Positions 55,792 through 64,000 of a stretch of DNA of 64,000 nt are shown here, piece after piece. Below the pieces are notes generated by a model that saw nothing but the letters and a program-made list of their open reading frames with translations, was not told the DNA's origin and made no database searches. The position numbers and the translations under genes were made by a program. Where the stretch lies: contig OX597818.1 in NCBI GenBank assembly GCA_951406725.2, positions 32,240,001 to 32,304,000 of the forward strand. The letters run 5' to 3'. The stretch's first letter is position 1. Each line of letters starts with the position of its first letter. The stretch is from Octopus vulgaris. Its lineage: Eukaryota.

Positions 55792-56522
55792 CACGTGTGT
55801 GTGTGTGTGTATGTGTGTGTGTGTGGATCCGAACATCTGAGTGCATTTATTTCCACTGAAATGAAAATATCTCACATAGTGTCTTACACTCAATGACCTA
55901 GTATACAGTTCCTTAGCTGCTGGGTTTCTGGGCTCCGGGCAAATCTGAAGCGGAGAATCCCACTGATCACATTGAAAAGAATGACATAATGACAGAAGTG
56001 GATGGCAGATTTCCCAGTCCAACGTAGCTGGTTTCGTTTTAGACAACTTTCCAAAATTAATTACAATAACAGTAGCAGTCTGTAACAATAACAACAACAA
56101 CAACAACAACACATATAGACTGACAAACAGAAAAATGCATCACCTCTAAGCAATAATAATAACAGCAGTAAAAATAAAGTTATTAACAATGACGACCAGT
56201 GAACAGCAGCAGCGACAACAATAAAACACAACACCGGCAATTACAAGTGAGAGATCAAACACATATGTAATGAGAATTCGACAAACGCAGGCAGAACGGT
56301 GACAAACCGAATCTGAATAATATGATATTATCATGAACCTAACAAACAAAACGATGATGCCTAGTGAAACAGCATCGGACAAAGAAGTCAGTATGGCAGT
56401 CTCCACGTGGCCGTCTGACCTGCTAAAAGTAGCAGTCAAGCCTCACACATTTATCATAAAAATGGATGAAAGGTATTTTCTGAATCAGTTTCGGAAGTTC
56501 TGGAAATAAGGTAATAGTCAGC

Positions 56523-56680
56523 AGTGGCTGTGTGGTAAGTAGCTTGTTTACCAACCACATGGTTCCGGGTTCAGTCCCATTGCGTGGCACCTTGGGCAAG
56601 TGTCTTTCTACTATAGCCTCGGGCCGACCAAAGCGTTGTGAGTGGATTTGGTAGACGGAAACTGAAAGAAGCCCGTCGTA

Positions 56681-56726
<46 letters not shown>

Positions 56727-56957
56727 TGTGTGTTTGTGTGTCTATGTTTGTCCCCTTAGCATTGTTTGACAACTGATGCTGGTGTGTTTATGTCCCCGTT
56801 ACTTAGCGGTTCGGCAAAAGAGACCGATAGAATAAGTACTGGGTTTACAAAATAATAAGTCCCAGGGTCGAGTTGCTCGATTAAAGGCGGTGCTCCAGCA
56901 TGGCCGCAGTCAAATGACTGAAACAAGTAAAAGAGTAAAAGAGAAAGAGTAAGAGAG
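56523..56957 (+). mobile_element. SINE family A, full length
   Basis: Best-preserved A copy, ending in repeated GTAAAAGA-type units. Confidence 0.95.
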
Positions 56958-57721
56958 TCATAGACCTTGCTCTTCTTTTCTAGACTAAGTAGTGAATACT
57001 TGTGACAATTGGCAATCTAATGGTTTTTCAGATTCTCTCGACTTTAAAAAAAAAAGGAATGATGTATTAGAAACTCTATGGCTAAAGGTCAAAACCTTTG
57101 GCCATAGGTTTATCGTGACAAGATTGCCTAATACTAAAAAGCAACAATAACATATATAGTAAACTGTGTATTGGTTCTGATTAAATAATAAATGGAGTAT
57201 AGACTAAACAGAACACGTGGAATGGAAGAGTCGCTGCAGAGGTCACAGATGTGTGACGAAAGATTTCCAGACAATGGATATATGATGAAAAAGAACAATA
57301 ATAAAGAGCGGAAAACGAATATATAGTGCGTGTGCTTATTTGGCAAAAAAAAAATAAAATAACCATCCTAAAATATAACAGTAGAGTATAAAGCATAGAA
57401 GCAAAATAACAATCCGTTAAAGAATAGTAATGTACATTGGACGAGAAATGTATATTGTACTTTGATGTACGATGATAGAGATAATAAAATTTTTAATGTA
57501 TTCTGTGAGTGATTGTTCCTCCCTTCCTCAGTAGAGTAAGCTCAAACGTAGATTACTCGTTTGTTGAATTACATTCCTTATATCGGAGGTTCTCAACCTG
57601 GGCCCATATGACTATTGCGGGTCAAAGGATTTTGTCGCTTAAAATTTATGTTCAATAATAAATTGGTTATACTTCTACAGCACACAAAATGATTTTAACA
57701 ATATTTTATATAATTCATAAT

Positions 57722-58064
57722 AGTGGCTGTGTGGTAAGTAGGTTGCTTAATAACCACATGGCTCCGGGTTCAGTCCCACTGCATTGCACCTTGGGCAAAT
57801 GTTTTCTACTATAGCCTCGGGCCGACCAAAGCTTTGTGAGTGGATTTGGTAGACGGAAACTGAAAGAAGCCCGCCGTTTATATATATATTTGTGTGTGCG
57901 TGTTTGTCCGCCCCCACTATCACTTGACGACCGATGTTGGTGTGTTTTACGTCCCCGTAACTTAGCTGTTCGGCAAAAGAGTCCGATAGAATAAATACAA
58001 AGACTAAAGGCGGTGCCCGAGCATAGCCGTAGTCAAATGAATGAAACAAATAAATAAATAAAAG
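57722..58064 (+). mobile_element. SINE family A with 3' internal deletion
   Basis: Colinear with 56523-56957; TAAA tail. Confidence 0.9.
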
Positions 58065-58163
58065 AATATTTAATTATTGAAATATAATATAACTTTTTAA
58101 AGCATCAAATGGCTATGAGGCCCTATGTGAGTAAAACAGAAATCAAAGGTAGTGCATTGGCAA

Positions 58164-58368
58164 AATAATAATAATAATGATAATAATGATAATAATAATG
58201 ATAATAATAATAATGATGATAATAATAATAATGATGATAATAATAATAATGATGATAATAATAATAATGATGATAATAATAATAATGATGATAATAATAA
58301 TAATGATGATAATAATAATAATGATGATAATAATAATAATAATGATAATAATGATAATAATAATAATG

Positions 58369-58425
<57 letters not shown>
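58164..58425. repeat. (AAT)n with an 18-bp higher-order unit GATGAT(AAT)4
   Basis: DDNNNN periodicity in the ORF track, about seven units. Confidence 0.9.
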
Positions 58426-58428
<3 letters not shown>

Positions 58429-58774
58429 GGTTGTGAAACATTGTTCTATACATTCAAAATTACAATGGGTTGCAAACAAGAATTTTGTTACTCTCTAAAC
58501 TCTCAAATAATCAAAAATATAAAAAAATATGAATATCCCGACGAGGAGAAAAGTTTACACAAAGTTTTCGGTCATTTAGTGCAGGTGCAAATACCAGTAG
58601 AGCATTCGCTTTAATAATGATGTAAATAATCTTGAGGATTTATTTCAAAGTTAATGGTTACTTTCGAGCATCTTATTGGCCCTTGAATCTGTGTGGACTA
58701 CAATTGGGTTTAGTTATTGCTTGTGCCTATAATACATCTTTAATAAGTTCAAAATGCAACTTGCCCATTGATGC

Positions 58775-58952
58775 ACTACTACTACTGCTGGTGCTGCCAC
58801 TACTACTACTGCTGCTGCTGCAGCTACTGCTGCTGCTGCTACTACTGCTGCTACTACCACTGCTACTACTGCTACTACTACTGCTACTACTACTGCTGCT
58901 ACTGCTGCTGCTGCTACTACTACTACTACCACTGCTGCTACTGCTGCTGCTG

Positions 58953-58991
<39 letters not shown>

Positions 58992-59021
58992 AAACTACTA
59001 CTGCTACCGCTACTGCTACTG

Positions 59022-59057
<36 letters not shown>

Positions 59058-59084
59058 TTACTACTACTACTGCTACCGCTACTG

Positions 59085-59124
<40 letters not shown>

Positions 59125-59149
59125 CACTGCTGCTACTGCTGCTGCTACA

Positions 59150-59190
<41 letters not shown>

Positions 59191-59201
59191 CACTGCTGCT
59201 G

Positions 59202-59268
<67 letters not shown>

Positions 59269-59281
59269 CGTTGCTGCTGCT
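58775..59281. repeat. (CTA/CTG)n trinucleotide field
   Basis: Direct reading; similar fields at 60195-60420 and 61772-61932. Confidence 0.95.
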
Positions 59282-59447
59282 CTGAAGTGCTGGTACATCA
59301 ATTAACATGAAATTTTGAAGCATCTGATCCTGAGTGTTGATTATAATAATGTTCCTGAGTGTTGATTATAATAATGTTGATTATAATAGTGATACTGGTT
59401 ATGTCAGCCTGTGGTTGCTTATACACAACGATAATTTAGTTTGTGGC

Positions 59448-60090
59448 TGTATGAAAGAGAGCAGAAGAGGAAGGGCGCTCGCTGATAGACGTTGTTTAGC
59501 TCCAGGTCAACTTTCTACGAACAAATCTATGATTCTGATCAGAGGCATTCTAACCATGACCACCACCGATTTTCAAACCTCATGTACATTTCTATATTAT
59601 CCAACATGCTTTGTATGAAAGAGAGCAGAAGAGGAAGGGCGCTCGCTGATAGACGTTGTTTAGCTCCAGGTCAACTTTCTACGAACAAATCTATGATTCT
59701 GATCAGAGGCATTCTAACCATGACCACCACCGATTTTCAAACCTCATGTACATTTCTATATTATCCAACATGCTTTGTATGAAAGAGAGCAGAAGAGGAT
59801 GGGCGATGATAGATGTTGTTTAGCTCCAGGTCAATTCTGTGAACAAATCTGTGATCTGATCAGAGGCATTCTAACCATGACCACCACGGATTTTCAAACC
59901 TCGTGTACATTTCTATATTATCCAACATGCTCTCTATGAAAGAGAGCAGAAGAGAATGGGCGATGATAGATGTTGTTTAGCTCCAGGTCAACTTTCTGTG
60001 AACAAATCTATGATCTGATCAGAGACATTCTAACCATGACCATCACCGATTTTCAAACCTCATGTATATTTCTATATTATCCAACATGCT
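59448..60090. repeat. Four-unit tandem repeat (164, 164, about 157, about 158 bp) containing part of family E
   Basis: Units start at 59448, 59612, 59776 and about 59933; each contains GTTGTTTAGCTCCAGGTCAA..GATCAGAG.CATTCTAACCATGACCA (reverse of the E tail). Confidence 0.95.
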
Positions 60091-60213
60091 CTTTTCAGAA
60101 GAGGTTTGGCTTGCATTTTCAGAAATTGTTGGTCGAGTAAACCATATAAAAAAAATGTCCCTCATATAGGCTCGTAAGGGATGCCAGTATATATCACCAC
60201 CACCACTACCACC

Positions 60214-60315
<102 letters not shown>

Positions 60316-60337
60316 ACTACTACTACTACTACTACTG

Positions 60338-60416
<79 letters not shown>

Positions 60417-60719
60417 CGCCGTTATTAGTAGTTGTGCGTAGTGGTGGTAGCGGTGGTGGTGGTGGTGGCGATGACTATATGGATTGTCACGATCCAGTCA
60501 GTTAATTGTGTGTAATCATGGTGGTGTGATGACGGTAGGAGATAGGTGGGGGGAAAGTTAGGTGTGTGTGGTAGTTGGTACTAGTGGTGTGAGAACAGCA
60601 GCAGCAGCGGTGGTTGTTATAGAGATAATGACGCCAGTATAACCACGTTCCCTTGTGGCGTGCTTAACTAACGTATCTGAATCGGAAAGTTAGTTCTCCT
60701 GCCTTTTACTCCTATAGTC

Positions 60720-60768
<49 letters not shown>

Positions 60769-61772
60769 ATCTATCTATCTCACCGAATTCAGTTAATCTT
60801 TCCTTTGCAGTAATCATCAGTATTTTCAGTTATCTACATATCTTTCTTCGTTTATCTATCTATATATCTATTTTTATTTCTTTATTTTCCTCTATATCTT
60901 CTCTATCATATTGACGCATTCACTCATTTTCTTTCTATTTCCACGAAACTTCGGTCAGCTGCAGACGGGACACTGATTAACTGTCTTCTGTTTTCCTATG
61001 TAGTACATGTGCTAGCTTGTATGTGTGTGTCTGTGTGTTTCTTAAAAATATATATATTTTTTTCTGCTGTTCCGAAAGACAAATTCTTCAACGTTCTTTG
61101 TAGTATTGACAGCCCTTTAACGTTGATTTTTTTTTTCTTCTTTTCACTCTTTCCATCTAGACTCCAACTAGGACACTAGCACAAGCACACAACAGGCACA
61201 CACATGTACACAAACCCTTCTACACATCATATAAGACGTGTATATATATCCATAATTGTATATCTATATAATCACGCACGCATTTATATGTGTGATCGTA
61301 TGTGTATGTACATACACGTGGAATGAAGGATGTCTCACAGAAGCCAGGAAATGTTGGCTGAATCAGCGAAATAAGCCTTAGGGTTAGCTGCCTTGTTTAA
61401 AGTGGTGGGGCGTGCCATACCCCTCCCTCTTAGCTTATGACTCAACTTTTCATTAAGACATTTTAGCGAGTCGCCTCTATGTTTACCGTCACAGCAACTT
61501 ACTTGTCGGCTATTGTCGGCCATATTGTCTTCTTTTTAGAATCTACGATGTCTTTTCTGGCCTCACACTCCTTTCCAACAACTCCTGACCCTCCCTCTAT
61601 CCCTCCCTCCCCTTCACGCTATCTCAGCAATGCCAGAACCAATCTTTCTACTTACTTTCCCTTTTTTTTCCTTTTTCCGTATAATTCTTATTCCGTTTCC
61701 TCTTTCTTACAATTTTCCTTTCTCTTACAATCTCCTTGTCCTTATTCACCCCATAGTACCTTTAACTGTTCT

Positions 61773-61811
<39 letters not shown>

Positions 61812-61832
61812 TTACTACTACTACTACTGCTG

Positions 61833-61896
<64 letters not shown>

Positions 61897-62300
61897 CACC
61901 ATCACCACCACGACCACTACTACCACTACCACCGTCGGCGGGCACAATCATCATATTTATCACCATCAACATCTCTCTTTATCTCAGATTCTCTCTCCGA
62001 TAACAAACTTGATTGTCAATCTGTCTGTACTTTGTCACCTTCTCTCTATGCTGGTATTTTTTTTTGTCTTTGTGTTTGTGTCTGTCAGTGTCCATAATAA
62101 ACAGGATTAGGGAGAGAAGATGTTAGGGAGGAAGGTGGAGAGAGAGAGAGAGAGAGAGACAAGAGAAAATACTGAGGAGAAAAGAAAAGAGCACAGAGAG
62201 AGAAGTGTGACGACAGTCAGGCAGGCAGGCAGACTGACAGAGGGAGAGGAATAGATCAGAATCAAATGTGTGTGTAAGTGTGTGTGTGTATGTGAGTGTT

Positions 62301-62345
<45 letters not shown>

Positions 62346-63496
62346 AAGAGAGAGCATGAGAGGGTGGAACAGAGGAACGTACCGAAAGTGGAGGAATACA
62401 AACAGATAAGAATGATTTATTGATAATGACACGCCAAAAAACTTACACACACTGAGTTGTAGACAAATAGAAAGAGAAAATTAGTGTATAAGTAAGCTTT
62501 AGAGAAGGACCAAGCGAAAAAGCAGAGAGAGAGAGAGAGAGAAAGAAAACGAGAGAGAGAGAGAGAGAGAGAAGGCAGATCGGCAAACAAATAAATAATA
62601 GTGATTTATAGCTAAATAATTAATTCATACAGATAGTGAAAAAAAAAAAAAAAGAAAAATACAACAAAAAAAAAGAAAAAATCTTCAAAAAAATGAAAAT
62701 ATATAAAACATTGACTGAGAGTGAAAGAGGCGAGAGATGATGCGAGAAAAAGTAGGAAAGAAAGACGGTGGGGGTGGGTGGGTGGGTGGAAATGTGGAAT
62801 CTTTCATTGCAATGCACTTCAAAGTTGTTCAAAGTTAGCCGCAAGCTGCGAAGAATTTATCTGTACTCAATGACCTCCCCCTAGAAAACCTGGTTCTTTT
62901 TCTTTCGCCATCCTTGTAACACCACAGTGATGATGATAATAATTACGCTGCGTGTTGTGGCCAGATTTTTATGTCATTTATGGTTCTGCGTATTAAAGCC
63001 ACGTGCTTCTTCTCCTCATCGGAGTGTGGGTTTGGGGGGGGGCGTTGATCGTAAGGATGTTGTTGTTAGCGGCGGCATTGTTCATATTTGTGGCTGGACA
63101 AGCGATAGAAGTGTTTACTGGTGGCTGTGTTTGGTGTCCGTTTTGGGCCACTGATGCTGGTTTGTTATAAGAAGGTTAAGCAATCATATTCGTGGTGAAA
63201 ATTCGTGGCTTAAGTTGTTCTATGGCGGTTAGGGTCGGTCGTAGTGGCGGTGGTAGCAGTATCTTATGTTTTGCGGGTGTGTTAATTCTTGGTGGAAATA
63301 ATAATGGAATTGCTGTTGATGCTTATATATTACCGTCGGCAATAAAATTATTCTTGTTAAATAAACAAATAAGGGTTCCCTAAATCATAAATCGCATCGG
63401 AAATAGTTGAACGGTTAGTCTCTGTCTCTCCCTTCCCCCTCTCTTTGTCTGTCTGTCGGTCGGTCTGTCCCGTCCATCCATCCACTCACTCACTCA

Positions 63497-63569
<73 letters not shown>

Positions 63570-64000
63570 TTTCAGACACAAATTAATTGACAGTTACGTA
63601 GATAGATGACTGACTAGCAAGCAATATAGCCAGCTAGCTAAATAGCGAGTCAGATAGATTTACACTATTTGCGTCTATCATTTACACGTAGGTACGTTCT
63701 ATCATTACATAGCTATAGGCTCGTGTGTGCCGTCTGTGTTCGTGTGTGAGTGAGTTCGTGTATGTCTTCAATAAAATTTAAAGCGATTCAGTGAACCGTT
63801 TCAGGTAGTCTGAGAGGTAGTTAAAAGATAAAAGGGGGCGAAGAAACGTTTAACAAAGTTGATGACGGATGACGGTAAAGAAAGGAAGCTATGTAATATT
63901 AGAGAGATGGGTGTAAGAGAAACGTTAGAAAGAAGATAGGTTAGCAGCCAGGTTTAAACATGTGTCTTATATTGAATCCAAGATAACAAGAATCAATTCC

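Noticed and set aside
57585-57720. GAGGTTCTCAACCTGGG, like a hAT/Charlie end
   Set aside because: No matching opposite TIR or TSD found.
62866-62878. ACTCAATGACCT shared with 55888-55899, like a nuclear-receptor element
   Set aside because: A single 12-mer match in 64 kb is expected by chance.

Overview
AT-rich, microsatellite-saturated animal DNA, probably intronic or intergenic. The SINE families match ones I recall from octopus (coleoid cephalopod) genomes; that assignment is from memory, not a search. No host protein-coding gene can be supported, and almost every listed ORF is a translated simple repeat. The window holds several tRNA-derived SINE groups (working labels A-D), an old tail-like repeat (E), two RTE-clade LINE 3' remnants and an R4/Dong-like RLE LINE remnant sitting in (TAA)n. 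It also contains three TIR elements, Penelope-like repeats with minimal hammerhead-like motifs, two long fold-backs and tandem duplications built from TE pieces. Most interesting points: a SINE and a LINE about 2 kb apart share the same 3' tail; SINE heads and tails are shuffled in several combinations; and an inverted pair of variant-core hammerhead-like repeats lies at 50.5-50.9 kb. I do not see a convincing new gene system.
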